DNA of 64,000 nt from IMG/VR virus record IMGVR_UViG_3300047160_006395, positions 1-64,000 of that record; one strand, given 5' to 3'. Positions 9,296-18,658 of the stretch are shown piece by piece (the first letter of the stretch is position 1; the number at the start of each line of letters is the position of its first letter). The translations under genes were made by a program, and so were the position numbers. Under the pieces are notes generated by a model. That model made no database searches. It saw nothing but the letters and a program-made list of their open reading frames with translations, and had not been told where the DNA came from. The DNA is from a virus.

Positions 9296-9344
9296 AGCTA
9301 AAGAAAAGGGAGATGGCCGCCCCTCGTGGGGCGACCCCAATCCC
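9296..9344 (-). terminator. Intrinsic terminator ending TTTTCTTTAGCT
   Basis: Stem GGTCGCCCC-ACGA-GGGGCGGCC directly after the stop at 9345, followed by a U-rich tail. Confidence 0.8.
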
Positions 9345-9545
9345 TCAGTGACGATGGCAGGTCTTCTGCTCTCGTTGAGGCGAGAAGAACTTCTTGCCGC
9401 ACTCAATGCACTCGCGCGGGGAATCCTTCCAGGTGCTGGGACATCCCTGTTCGTGGCAGATCACCCGGTTGATGCATAGCACGTTGCAATCATTGCAACC
9501 GCAGCTCAACTGGATCGGGTCCCCGTTCAAGTAGCGGGTCCTCAT
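9345..9545 (-). CDS. Small Cys/His-rich zinc-binding protein (66 aa)
   Basis: CGCNDC, CHEQGC, CIEC, CHRH; ATGA overlap with the upstream gene. Confidence 0.75.
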   Translation of the reverse strand: MRTRYLNGDPIQLSCGCNDCNVLCINRVICHEQGCPSTWKDSPRECIECGKKFFSPQREQKTCHRH

Positions 9546-9805
9546 GACTCAACCGGCGTTGCTAGCCGGTATTTGCCGCCCTCGAAGATGATCTTGCGTT
9601 CCATGACCAGTTTATCTAGCGCGGCCATGGTGTAGTCACGCACATCATCGGCGTGAAATTTTTTCTTGTACTTCGGATGCTCGATCATCCTGAGACTGGC
9701 ATCCGGAGCAGTCATCCCATCACCCCCGGCCTGGACGAACATTTCCAGCACGTCGACCGGAAATATTTTCAGATTGACCAGCGGGCCTTCTTCGTTCTTT
9801 GCCAC
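9542..9805 (-). CDS. Hypothetical protein (87 aa), possibly winged-helix-like
   Basis: AAGGAGAAGGAA RBS before GTG 9805; helix then LVMERKIIFEGGKYRL hairpin at the C-terminus. Confidence 0.65.
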   Translation of the reverse strand: MAKNEEGPLVNLKIFPVDVLEMFVQAGGDGMTAPDASLRMIEHPKYKKKFHADDVRDYTMAALDKLVMERKIIFEGGKYRLATPVES

Positions 9806-9827
9806 GTTCCTTCTCCTTGTTGAAGAA

Positions 9828-9998
9828 CTAAACAGGGTCACGCTTCTGCCGCCGCTTCTCGATCACTTCCGTGATCTCACGCTCGTACGTCAGCACGTGC
9901 GCCAACGCCTGGGTGAGAACGCCGAGCCGGTATCTGCCAACAGGGCAGATCTCCAACTCGGTGCGGCGGGTCCCAATCAGATCGACATTGAGGATCAC
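9828..9998 (-). CDS. Hypothetical 56-aa protein, not in ORF track (MILNVDLIGTRR...KRDPV)
   Basis: Read manually; GTG start overlaps the upstream TGA (GTGA); fills the gap between genes. Confidence 0.5.
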   Translation of the reverse strand: MILNVDLIGTRRTELEICPVGRYRLGVLTQALAHVLTYEREITEVIEKRRQKRDPV

Positions 9999-10096
9999 AG
10001 TATGCTGCGATCCATGGATACCTCGGCTTGCCAGTCCGCTTCCTTGTTCTGCTGCGTGAACCGCAGCTTCATGAATTGCGAGATCTGTTCAGCCAT
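9995..10096 (-). CDS. Hypothetical 33-aa peptide (MAEQISQF...RSIL)
   Basis: First ATG downstream of the motif at 10134-10161; coupled to the next ORF. Confidence 0.35.
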   Translation of the reverse strand: MAEQISQFMKLRFTQQNKEADWQAEVSMDRSIL

Positions 10097-10133
10097 GAGA
10101 CACCAAGAGGTAAATGAACGGCCTCTACCGTTA

Positions 10134-10161
10134 TATGACGCGGTTTCCCTGTTTCCTTTAG
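10134..10161 (-). promoter_or_regulatory. Bipartite promoter motif CTAAAG-N16-GTCATA
   Basis: The TAA in CTAAAG is the stop of 10158..10493; overlaps an inverted repeat CCTGTTTCCTTT/AAAGGAAACAGG. Confidence 0.7.
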
Positions 10162-10493
10162 CTGCCGAATCGCAGGAAAGGAAACAGGAATAACTGCACT
10201 TCACGCGTCGGCCGTGAGCGCACCACGGCTGTGTCCATCTTGTCAGGCGGCAGCGCAGCGACTAGCGCCTGCACACGGTGGTTACCATCTTCACGCTCTG
10301 CCGCACCGGGCCAGCCGTCGACGACGTCATGACCATCATCGACGACAATCTTGGTGTTTAACAGGTTAGCCCGGAACAACAGATCAACAATGTGATCCTG
10401 GACGTCGAGCTGTTTCGTCTCGATGCCCACAAGCAGTGCCATAAAAGTGTCGTACTCCTTCTTCCGTCTGGCAACACGGGTCTGTCTGGACAA
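10158..10493 (-). CDS. Hypothetical protein (~111 aa)
   Basis: AAAGGAG RBS before TTG 10493, downstream of the motif at 10554. Confidence 0.55.
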   Translation of the reverse strand: MSRQTRVARRKKEYDTFMALLVGIETKQLDVQDHIVDLLFRANLLNTKIVVDDGHDVVDGWPGAAEREDGNHRVQALVAALPPDKMDTAVVRSRPTREVQLFLFPFLRFGS

Positions 10494-10553
10494 TTGTCGG
10501 GACTCCTTTCGTTGGATGATCAAAGCGCAGCCCTACTGGGCGGCATCATGGTA

Positions 10554-10580
10554 TATGACGCTCTCCAACGCAACCTTTAG
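10554..10580 (-). promoter_or_regulatory. Bipartite promoter motif CTAAAG-N15-GTCATA
   Basis: About 10 nt downstream of the terminator at 10590-10640. Confidence 0.7.
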
Positions 10581-10589
10581 GTTTCGTAA

Positions 10590-10640
10590 TAGCTAAGAAA
10601 AAAGGGTGGGGGTTCCCCTTACGGGGCCCTTTTTTCTTAG
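10590..10640. terminator. Bidirectional-type terminator, minus-strand tail TTTTTTCTTAGCTA
   Basis: Perfect 14-bp inverted repeat CTAAGAAAAAAGGG (10593-10606) / CCCTTTTTTCTTAG (10627-10640). Confidence 0.8.
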
Positions 10641-10811
10641 TCGGGGTTCATCCCTTCGGGGGGTTATTGTTGTCGGGGGCTAGGACGTGTTTTGGTCTCA
10701 CACCCAGTCCCAGGATGTGAGAGTGATATCCCCCCAGTTATCCGCAGGTGTCGGTGGGGTGATACGCGGAAACAACGGGTTGTCAACCTTGCGGCGACCG
10801 GGCACAAGACG
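10641..10811 (-). ncRNA. Candidate structured RNA or 3' UTR
   Basis: Several hairpins (10696-10705/10713-10722 with G-U on the minus strand; a GCAA-capped stem); no credible ORF. Confidence 0.35.
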
Positions 10812-10898
10812 TCAGAAAGGTGAACCGTACAATCGAGAGGCAATATACACAATCGTAACCACCACTCGAATCACGGACAGGCAAAGTCTGACAGTCAT
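10812..10898 (-). CDS. 28-aa hydrophobic peptide MTVRLCLSVIRVVVTIVYIASRLYGSPF
   Basis: Read manually; AGGAGG RBS. Confidence 0.6.
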   Translation of the reverse strand: MTVRLCLSVIRVVVTIVYIASRLYGSPF

Positions 10899-10967
10899 CG
10901 AAACAAACCTCCTAAAAAGTTAATGCCCACCATGGGGCATACCGCAAAGAAACGAAACGGACCCTGC

Positions 10968-11057
10968 TCAACCAATGATCGCGGCAATCGCCTGAGCAAT
11001 GGCCAGTGCCAGTGCACTGGTAAACTTGAGCAGAGCAACCACGGTTGCGACGGTCAT
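10968..11057 (-). CDS. 29-aa hydrophobic peptide MTVATVVALLKFTSALALAIAQAIAAIIG
   Basis: Read manually; AGAAAGG RBS; first ORF after the motif at 11118. Confidence 0.6.
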   Translation of the reverse strand: MTVATVVALLKFTSALALAIAQAIAAIIG

Positions 11058-11117
11058 GACATAACCTTTCTTTGGTTAGAGAAGCGCGCAGTCCAACAGC
11101 AGGACGCGCCACTTATA

Positions 11118-11145
11118 AGTGACACGTTTTCCCTACAATCTTTAG
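11118..11145 (-). promoter_or_regulatory. Bipartite promoter motif variant CTAAAG-N16-GTCACT(TATAA)
   Basis: The TAA in CTAAAG is the stop of the collagen gene. Confidence 0.6.
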
Positions 11146-12038
11146 CTCCCGGGCTTGACCGCCTGATCCCAGAACGCCTGGTTCTGCTCGGCTGCTTCAG
11201 GCGTGAAGGTCGGGAACCGCTTATCCTGCCGGCCGCGGCGAACGCCCGAGATGGTCACGATAACTCGAGTCGGTACGCCAAACTTGCAGTCATCGAGATC
11301 GAGCCGGATACGCCCGTTGTCGACCATGACGCCGACGTTGCAGGACTTGTTGGGCGCCACGGCGATCGGTACGAGCGAGCCCGGCACACAGACATCAGTG
11401 AAGATCGGGTCGATCGGACACAGGATGTGGGTATCACCGTGGTTGTTGACGATATCGTAGACATCGAAGAATCGGGCTTCAGGCATCTCGGCACAGAACA
11501 GACCAACGTGCATTTGCCTCGTATCGTTGTGAACCGAGACGATGGCATACTTGTCGCCACCGTCACCGGCCGGACCCTTATCTCCCTGCGGTCCTTTGTT
11601 GCCGGTTGCGCCCTGCTTTCCATCAGCTCCTTGCGATCCGGTCTGACCTTGTGATCCGGGCAAACCTCCGGGACCCCCTGGACCCATGGGACCCGCAGGA
11701 CCCATGGGACCTATGGGGCCATGGGGACCTATAGGACCTATAGGACCGTGGGGTCCTTCAGGACCTATAGGACCCTGGGGGCCTTGGGGACCCTGGGGGC
11801 CTTGGGGACCCTGTAACCCATAAGGCCCCTGAATTCCGGCCGGGCCAGGAATGGGGATGTCGATGATCTCAGGGCACGAAAAGATCTGCTCGGGTAGGGC
11901 GGGCACCTGACAGCTACCGATGATCGGCGCGCTGCTAACTGGGGGAAGAGGGGGAACCCCCGGGCACTTCTCCGGATCGAAGATGGGATCCGGCAGCCCT
12001 TGGGCACCCTGCAACCCTTCCGGGCTTGGGTCACTCAT
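11142..12038 (-). CDS. Collagen-like fibre protein with globular C-terminal domain
   Basis: 33 uninterrupted Gly-X-Y triplets; ATG 12038 overlaps the end of the upstream gene. Confidence 0.9.
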   Translation of the reverse strand: MSDPSPEGLQGAQGLPDPIFDPEKCPGVPPLPPVSSAPIIGSCQVPALPEQIFSCPEIIDIPIPGPAGIQGPYGLQGPQGPQGPQGPQGPIGPEGPHGPIGPIGPHGPIGPMGPAGPMGPGGPGGLPGSQGQTGSQGADGKQGATGNKGPQGDKGPAGDGGDKYAIVSVHNDTRQMHVGLFCAEMPEARFFDVYDIVNNHGDTHILCPIDPIFTDVCVPGSLVPIAVAPNKSCNVGVMVDNGRIRLDLDDCKFGVPTRVIVTISGVRRGRQDKRFPTFTPEAAEQNQAFWDQAVKPGS

Positions 12039-13488
12039 CCCCCAACTCATCACCCAACTCCTCGACAACGGTCTGGACAGGCCCGCAGACGGTCATGTTA
12101 CTGCGATCGAAGTTGATGGTCAGCGCGCTGTTGTCAGTCGTCGGCGAGATCGTAACGCCTAGACCGCCGACGAACTGCATAATGCTAGCCGTTATGCCGT
12201 TGATGCTGCTGATGAGTTCGTCGCAAGTCGGACCACCGGTAAGCAGGATACTGCCGTCTGGTGGCTTCTCGTCGGGATAGATCGGCACCTCCTCACAAGG
12301 GACACCGGCGCCAGCAGCCTGGATAGACGAGAAGGTCAGCGAATTAGTCCTGTTGTCCTGCCGGATCGAGACGTTGTATCCCTCCTCGAATCGGATATCT
12401 CCCGTTATGTATTTGGCAGCAACAACATACGGCGGGTTCGTATCGCCACCGCTATCTGGGCAGCCAACTGGTGGTGTTGCATGGGTGCGATCTTGGTTGG
12501 CCAGGCTTATTGACCGAAGATAGCTCCGCCCTAAATTCTGAACCAACGCCGGCTCGATCTGAGGGCCCGTCGTGGCCGTCAGAACGCCGTCTGCGGGCAG
12601 CAGGGCGGCGAGGCTGGCCATCGGGCCGGTAACCAGGAAACCCTCCCAGAGCGGCTCCAGGGACCCCAAATAGCTATCCGCCGCCGAGCCGTAGCCAGCC
12701 AATGGCGTAGCCTCGGCGTAGTCGGTTGCGTACTCGAGTTCGTTTAGATCACGGCTGAACAGTAACGCATGCTCTACCAAACCCGGAGCATCCGAGCGGA
12801 AGTCGAACGTGAAGGTATCACCAGCACGCATGACCTCATGCAGGTATACGACGTGGTAACTGCTGTCGAATTCGGCGTCGAGGCCGACTATGCAGCCGAA
12901 GTCGATCAGGGTATCCAGGGGGATGACGAGCGGGGTCGGTAGTGTGGGCGGGGTTGTCGTGACATCCTCGACCCAGATCGCGTCGGCCAGCGTCAACGCG
13001 AGGGGACTGGTGATGGAGATGAGCAGCGTGCTGCGGGTTGGCGTAACGGTTCCTACATCCATCCAACTAACACCATCTGCATCCGTCCGTGCGCTCGGAG
13101 GAATCGTCTGGTTGACCCACGACTCCAGCAACGGATAGTAACCCTGGCCTTGTCCTTCGACTTCGGTGACCTGGAAGGGAACATTGGTTGCCAGCGCCGG
13201 AGAGGCCGGCCATGTTGCCGAGATCCGGTAGGTCCGGCCCGGCACTATGGTGAAGGTCCAGGTAACACTCCCTTCCCCCCACGGTATGCTCTGCCAGTAG
13301 CCACCGCCGCGGCCACCGGACCCAACGATCGAGATCCACACTCCCGGGGTGATGACCACGTTGGAGCCATTCCAGTTACTGGTCTGGCTGGATAGCGGCA
13401 AAGACGGCGCAGCCACGCTTGCTTCGGACCACGGTATGAGCGGGTAAGCCCGTGCTGCGTTGTCGTTATAGAATCCAGGAAGAGGCAT
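12031..13488 (-). CDS. NxxRxYP-family virion protein with inserted CBM/golvesin-like beta-sandwich
   Basis: [12 protein letters not shown] start; [21 protein letters not shown] insert; ISSINGI and Cys-containing tail. Confidence 0.65.
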   Translation of the reverse strand: MPLPGFYNDNAARAYPLIPWSEASVAAPSLPLSSQTSNWNGSNVVITPGVWISIVGSGGRGGGYWQSIPWGEGSVTWTFTIVPGRTYRISATWPASPALATNVPFQVTEVEGQGQGYYPLLESWVNQTIPPSARTDADGVSWMDVGTVTPTRSTLLISITSPLALTLADAIWVEDVTTTPPTLPTPLVIPLDTLIDFGCIVGLDAEFDSSYHVVYLHEVMRAGDTFTFDFRSDAPGLVEHALLFSRDLNELEYATDYAEATPLAGYGSAADSYLGSLEPLWEGFLVTGPMASLAALLPADGVLTATTGPQIEPALVQNLGRSYLRSISLANQDRTHATPPVGCPDSGGDTNPPYVVAAKYITGDIRFEEGYNVSIRQDNRTNSLTFSSIQAAGAGVPCEEVPIYPDEKPPDGSILLTGGPTCDELISSINGITASIMQFVGGLGVTISPTTDNSALTINFDRSNMTVCGPVQTVVEELGDELGDE

Positions 13489-13490
13489 AT

Positions 13491-14060
13491 CTACATCTCA
13501 CTGATGAATTTGTCAGCCTTGGCGCCGTTACATGGGCCACAAGTAATGCGGCAATTAGCGTATGAATGTGCGCCGCCACGACTCAGCGGAACCTCATGAT
13601 CGAGATGCATTTTGCTGTAGGCAACTGGCTTACCGCAGAGATAACACCTACCCTTGTCCCGCGCATAAACAACCTGACGTGATACGAATTCGACTGTCGC
13701 TCGTTTCTTCAGTGCTTTACGGATCCTAGCCCTATCTTTGAATGGTTCGGGGTTCTTCTTATAAACGCCTCGAACGCATCCTGTGTTACATGACTTACAG
13801 TAGGCAAATAGTCCATCCTTAGTCGTGCCGGGCGAAGCAGGGCTGAACTGTCGCCTACCACGAACTCGTCCACATTTAATGCATCGCTTTTTCGTGACGC
13901 TGATCGTTACATCAACCTGCTTACAAGCAGCTCGTCGCCTTCTGTGAAATTCGCGAGCGCACAACTTGCAGTAGGGATACCGACCATCACTCCGCGTCCG
14001 GTCTTTCCCAAACGCACTGATACGTTTGGTCCGATCACATCGTAAACAATGTTTGTCCAT
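13491..14060 (-). CDS. HNH endonuclease with N-terminal zinc ribbons
   Basis: CYLC...HLDHEVPLSRGGAHSYANCRITCGPCN; repeated CxxC; AT-richer than flanks. Confidence 0.92.
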   Translation of the reverse strand: MDKHCLRCDRTKRISAFGKDRTRSDGRYPYCKLCAREFHRRRRAACKQVDVTISVTKKRCIKCGRVRGRRQFSPASPGTTKDGLFAYCKSCNTGCVRGVYKKNPEPFKDRARIRKALKKRATVEFVSRQVVYARDKGRCYLCGKPVAYSKMHLDHEVPLSRGGAHSYANCRITCGPCNGAKADKFISEM

Positions 14061-14069
14061 CTGATCTTC

Positions 14070-14864
14070 TCAACGTGCTTGTGCTAGCGCTGGTTGGCCT
14101 TGCCCTTGAACTGGCATGCCCACCAGGGTGATGAACAGCGTATCAGGCGGCTGGGGAACGATGCGCAAGACCGTATCGGCCGCAGAAACCGTCGCGATGG
14201 CGAACTGGAAGTCACCATCAGGCCCAGGCGGCACACCGTTGATTGTCTTGATGAACTGCGGGGTAGTGAACATGCTCGCCGGAGTACACTGGCGGCGGAC
14301 GAAAAGTGGGTCGCCTACCACATCAACCCGGATGACCTGGGGATCGCTCTGATCCTGGCTAACCACGACGCCGTTCTCGCCGACGAGCCAGGCATCGCCG
14401 GTAAGAAGGATACCCTGCTTGGCTATGAGACCGCGCACGCCTGGTTCCGGCGTAGGGATCACACAACTGGCAATGAACTCTGTAGCTCCGACATCGAAAA
14501 CATGACTGCCCGTCGACCAGCCCTGCGACGCAGCCAGCTGAAGAGGATCGACCACGAACAATCCGGCAGGCCGGCCGTATGTATCGGCCAGGGCGAGCAT
14601 GCTGGGCGGCGCCAGCGGATCGAACGAGACCGACGCAAGGTTGACGTTCGTGGGATCACCGATCCAGATCGTGACAAGGCGGTTAGCGACGGTGATCAGT
14701 GAGATGTAAAGCCGCTCGGTACCGCCAATCGGAAACAGCGACGCATCGATGAACATACCATGGGGTAAGGAAAGACCATCCTGACTGAGCAGCGTAGCCG
14801 AGTCAGCGAACGGGTAGTTCGTATCTTGATGCTCATTGCGGTATTCAGGATGAAGAACCCTCAC
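14070..14864 (-). CDS. NxxRxYP-family virion (baseplate-associated) protein
   Basis: YRNEHQDTNYPF start; IKTINGVPPGPDGDF motif. Confidence 0.65.
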   Translation of the reverse strand: MRVLHPEYRNEHQDTNYPFADSATLLSQDGLSLPHGMFIDASLFPIGGTERLYISLITVANRLVTIWIGDPTNVNLASVSFDPLAPPSMLALADTYGRPAGLFVVDPLQLAASQGWSTGSHVFDVGATEFIASCVIPTPEPGVRGLIAKQGILLTGDAWLVGENGVVVSQDQSDPQVIRVDVVGDPLFVRRQCTPASMFTTPQFIKTINGVPPGPDGDFQFAIATVSAADTVLRIVPQPPDTLFITLVGMPVQGQGQPALAQAR

Positions 14865-17242
14865 GGTGTGACCTCCAGCTCAAACCAGCTGAAGCGGGTA
14901 TGCGCGTTATTCGATCCGAGACCAACCTTGGTACCAGCTTCGGTAAACGAATACTTGAAGTCGACCACCATCGTCTTGAAGGTCGTATCCGTGACCCCAC
15001 TGAGGGTCGTCTCGATGATGTAGTTGTGAAAGGACGGAGCGAATGCAGGGTCAGGATAGATCTTGCATTCCAGGTGGTACCACTGCTCGGCCTTGGGTGA
15101 ATTGCCCAGGATGAATGGTACCCCGTCTACTCTCGTGATGGTGTAGCCGTTGTACCAGCTCATCTCCAGATAACCGGAGACCAGATTGGGCCCTATGATC
15201 AGGTAAGTCGTGAGCAGCGTGACGGGATCTTGCAGCTCGAAGTAAATGACGATGCCGCCATTCATCTGGGCCCCGGTCAGCATCTTGAGGCTGGTCTTGA
15301 CGGTCAGGTTCTGCGTCGTGATGTCGTAATTATGGCAATCCCAGAACGCCACGTTGCGATGGGCCGTATCCGCGGCGGTAAAGCTCCTGTTGATCAGGAC
15401 GACACCGGTAGGAGGTTCAGTTCGAGTGGCCCGACCAAATGGCGGTGTCCCGCCAAGACCGACCTGTTCACCCGGCGGCACGCCAGAGCCTGGCGCCTCC
15501 AAGCTGAATGGCTCATCAGGAGAATCATCTTCCTCGATGGCAAAAATGCCGGACGGAGTAGCCCACACCGCCGGGACGTAGCTGTCGAAGTTCTCGTAAT
15601 AGGGCAGCGGGGAGCAATCCAGCATGGCCTCTTCTATCTGGAAGAAGCTGAACAGGCTGTGAGCATTCAACGCCCCGAGACCAACCTTGCCGCCGGGATA
15701 GAGAAACTGGCATTTCCAGTCAGCCGTGACTGGCTGGAAGTCCGGGTCCGTGATCCCGCTAACGGTCGTTGCCAGCTGGAACTCGGTCAAGTTGTACGGA
15801 GGAGCGAAGCCACCAAAAGCGGGATCGTGGCTGATCACACAAGTCAACTGATACCACTCGCCGATCTTGGGATAATTGCCCGTCTGGAATCCGTAATAAG
15901 CAGTCAACTTGACGTTGGTACCGTCGTAGGTATAGAGCATGTGCCCGTTGAGATAAGTTTCCTCCGGGTTGTTAGGCGCCAGCTGCACCGCCACCAGTAA
16001 GCAGGTATTCTTCTGCGCGACAGGATCGTACACGTAATTGACGATGAAGCCGGCGTTGAGCTGATCGCCGGCCACCAGCTTGAAGTGCGTGGTCAAGACC
16101 AGGTTCTGTCCTGAGACATCATAGTTGCAATTCCAGAGCACCATGTTGAAGCTGTTCTGATCGACCGCAGCGTAGCTCTTATCGATCGCAGTGTTATTGC
16201 TCGTCGCCAGGCCGCACGGCTCCTTCGGTGAGTCACCATCCTCGACGGCAAAGGTGCCTGACTTCAGCTGCCACGGCGAGGGAATTGCGCCATCAAAACT
16301 CTCGCAGTAAGGCAACACAACACATCCCGACGGCAGCCCTAGTATCCCTGTCGGAGCGCACCCGCCTTCGTACTCGTTAGGCAGCTTACCGTTGTTGTCA
16401 GGCAGATAGTCCTGGCCCGTGCAGGTCTCGGCCATACCCAGCGCAAGATCCAGGGCAATGCCGCCGCCATCCTCGAAGTCAATCGTGTTTATGCCGGTGA
16501 AGTCGATGGTCAGATTGCCGTTGCAGTCAGGCAAAACGCCGTTGATCGTTTCGATCACCGGTTTGTTGCAAGTGCCACTCTCGGGACGGCCCGCGCATGG
16601 CCCCGAGTAGAACTGGTAGACATTGCGGTTCAAATTGTCGATCAAGCGGATGATGATGGCGTCGACGATACCGCCTTCGATCTCGCGCGTATCCTGGATC
16701 ACTTCCAGATCGGTAGCTCCCAGAAGCAGAACCACGCCAGTCAAGGGTGGGTTTGTGTTGAGCTTGGCCAGGGTAGGAATCGGCAGCGGATAATAGGCCG
16801 AAGCCACCCGCGGCAACAGGATCGACTGAGATGGCTTGCTGAAGCGGCCCGAGTAGGGCTCATCGACGCCTTGCCCGAAGACCACCCAGCCGCCGACACC
16901 AGTGGCCATTGGCTGAATCGGATAATGTCGGTAAGGCTGAACCGGCATCGGCACTGAAACAGCGCCCAGAGGCTGGTCGATTATGCCGTTAGAAGGCACG
17001 CCGCCGGCCGGGCGGATCGTATCAGCGGTCGCCATGAGAATGACCGTGACGATGTTCGGGCTGACGGTCACGGCACTGATATAGGCGAACCGGCCCATGG
17101 CCAGAGGGAACTTGACCCGGCAATCAACCAGGATCTGTGGCGGTAGCTCCTGTCCAGCGTCATCGCGCGCCGTCGCCACATCATCGAGCGGATAGGCTCG
17201 AGTCGCGTTGCTTGCATACCAGCCGAGGTTAATTGTGGCCAA
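14861..17242 (-). CDS. NxxRxYP-family virion protein with two C-terminal ConA-like beta domains
   Basis: WYASNATRAYPL; IETINGVLPDCNGN; duplicated LPYxExFD...WYxL...GKVGLG..NAH..FSxF domain. Confidence 0.7.
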   Translation of the reverse strand: MATINLGWYASNATRAYPLDDVATARDDAGQELPPQILVDCRVKFPLAMGRFAYISAVTVSPNIVTVILMATADTIRPAGGVPSNGIIDQPLGAVSVPMPVQPYRHYPIQPMATGVGGWVVFGQGVDEPYSGRFSKPSQSILLPRVASAYYPLPIPTLAKLNTNPPLTGVVLLLGATDLEVIQDTREIEGGIVDAIIIRLIDNLNRNVYQFYSGPCAGRPESGTCNKPVIETINGVLPDCNGNLTIDFTGINTIDFEDGGGIALDLALGMAETCTGQDYLPDNNGKLPNEYEGGCAPTGILGLPSGCVVLPYCESFDGAIPSPWQLKSGTFAVEDGDSPKEPCGLATSNNTAIDKSYAAVDQNSFNMVLWNCNYDVSGQNLVLTTHFKLVAGDQLNAGFIVNYVYDPVAQKNTCLLVAVQLAPNNPEETYLNGHMLYTYDGTNVKLTAYYGFQTGNYPKIGEWYQLTCVISHDPAFGGFAPPYNLTEFQLATTVSGITDPDFQPVTADWKCQFLYPGGKVGLGALNAHSLFSFFQIEEAMLDCSPLPYYENFDSYVPAVWATPSGIFAIEEDDSPDEPFSLEAPGSGVPPGEQVGLGGTPPFGRATRTEPPTGVVLINRSFTAADTAHRNVAFWDCHNYDITTQNLTVKTSLKMLTGAQMNGGIVIYFELQDPVTLLTTYLIIGPNLVSGYLEMSWYNGYTITRVDGVPFILGNSPKAEQWYHLECKIYPDPAFAPSFHNYIIETTLSGVTDTTFKTMVVDFKYSFTEAGTKVGLGSNNAHTRFSWFELEVTP

Positions 17243-17251
17243 GTTGCTGTC

Positions 17252-18658
17252 CTACTTCTTTTTCTTCCTGTGTGGCGGTCCTGGTTGCTTCCCTAGCCCC
17301 ACAGAACCTGCCTCTTGTCCGTTTACGTACTGCGTGACCGTCATGCCATCTCCACCTGGACTCAAGACAGTGTTCATCCCGAACACAACAAACCCGCCCA
17401 CAGGCAGCGGCTTGCTGAGCACGATCCGGGAGCGCACCCGGCCATGAGTTGCAGGACAGATCACGTCGTGATTGGCGGTCAGGATGTTCCCATTCTGGGA
17501 CATCTGATAAGGATGCACCGACCCGCGGCAGGGTATGTTGCGGAAGGTCGTATGAGGGACCACTTTCCAGGGGATCGGCGAGGTGATCGTGATATGCACT
17601 GTTATGTTGGGCAGGCAGTCGTTGTACGGGTTACAGACGCCAAAGTCCATGTCGATGTATTTGTTATTAGTAAGAATAAGATTGAGTGACAACGGCTGGT
17701 TATCGCGACATTCCTTCGCTGCATTCCATCGTTCTATATCCGCAGCAAGCTCATCACGTATCACTTCGGCGAGGGCGGCATCCGCACGTAACTTAGCCTC
17801 GAGATTCAGCATGGCCTTCTGGACATTGACATAGTCCTGGCAGTCGCAACACGGACCGCAGTCGTTGCCTATGTCCAGTTGTGCCAGCACGGGCACTGCC
17901 AGCCCGTCTGTCCCGATGATGATCGGTTGGCGGGCATAGTAACAACCATCGGCTGAAAGAACGAAATTACCGTGAGGGTCAGGACTGACACCGCGAATGG
18001 TACGGATGCCGATGACAGGCGCCTGACAACCTGGATAGCGGCCCGCGCCACCTCCAGGGTTGGCGCTGAATGTCAGGTCAGTCGTGTTACGCAGTGGCTC
18101 GTTATAGGGCGATGCCACGATGTCGACGTTCCAGCCATTGACGAGCGTAACCTCACCTGTAACTGTCACCGGTGTCACTCCGTCAATCCCCGGCCCGGTT
18201 ATGGTCAAGAGCCGCTTGGGCATCAGCTCTGAAGCTCGCTCATCGAGCACGCCGTTGATAGGGGTGATCGTCTCGGGCCAGGGTGGAACCGAAGCAGCCG
18301 TCGCTCGATGCTGTACGACCCGGCAAACACTGCCGTCAGGGTTATTGAAGAGCCACTCGTGAACCCGCAGCCGTTTTCCCCAGTCCTTCCACTGGTACTG
18401 CGCGCCAGAGCCATCAAAGACAGTTGTGCCAGCAGCATCGACAACGGTAATGTTTGCCTTGGAGCTTTGACCCTCGAATGCCTCCTGGAAGCCGTGCAGC
18501 GACGAGACCCGCAGCGGCAACACGGCATCGTAATTCGCGTGCGACAGCCAGAGATCAGCAAGCAACCCAACGATGTCTGGGCTGGGACTGATAAAAGGAA
18601 AATTTTGGCCGTTGGCTTCAACGCCAATGCCTTTACCTCCAGTAGGAAGTATCAGCAT
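17252..18658 (-). CDS. Divergent NxxRxYP-family virion protein
   Basis: NGQNFPF; IRTIRGVSPDPHGNF; CGPCCDC followed by coiled coil. Confidence 0.65.
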   Translation of the reverse strand: MLILPTGGKGIGVEANGQNFPFISPSPDIVGLLADLWLSHANYDAVLPLRVSSLHGFQEAFEGQSSKANITVVDAAGTTVFDGSGAQYQWKDWGKRLRVHEWLFNNPDGSVCRVVQHRATAASVPPWPETITPINGVLDERASELMPKRLLTITGPGIDGVTPVTVTGEVTLVNGWNVDIVASPYNEPLRNTTDLTFSANPGGGAGRYPGCQAPVIGIRTIRGVSPDPHGNFVLSADGCYYARQPIIIGTDGLAVPVLAQLDIGNDCGPCCDCQDYVNVQKAMLNLEAKLRADAALAEVIRDELAADIERWNAAKECRDNQPLSLNLILTNNKYIDMDFGVCNPYNDCLPNITVHITITSPIPWKVVPHTTFRNIPCRGSVHPYQMSQNGNILTANHDVICPATHGRVRSRIVLSKPLPVGGFVVFGMNTVLSPGGDGMTVTQYVNGQEAGSVGLGKQPGPPHRKKKK

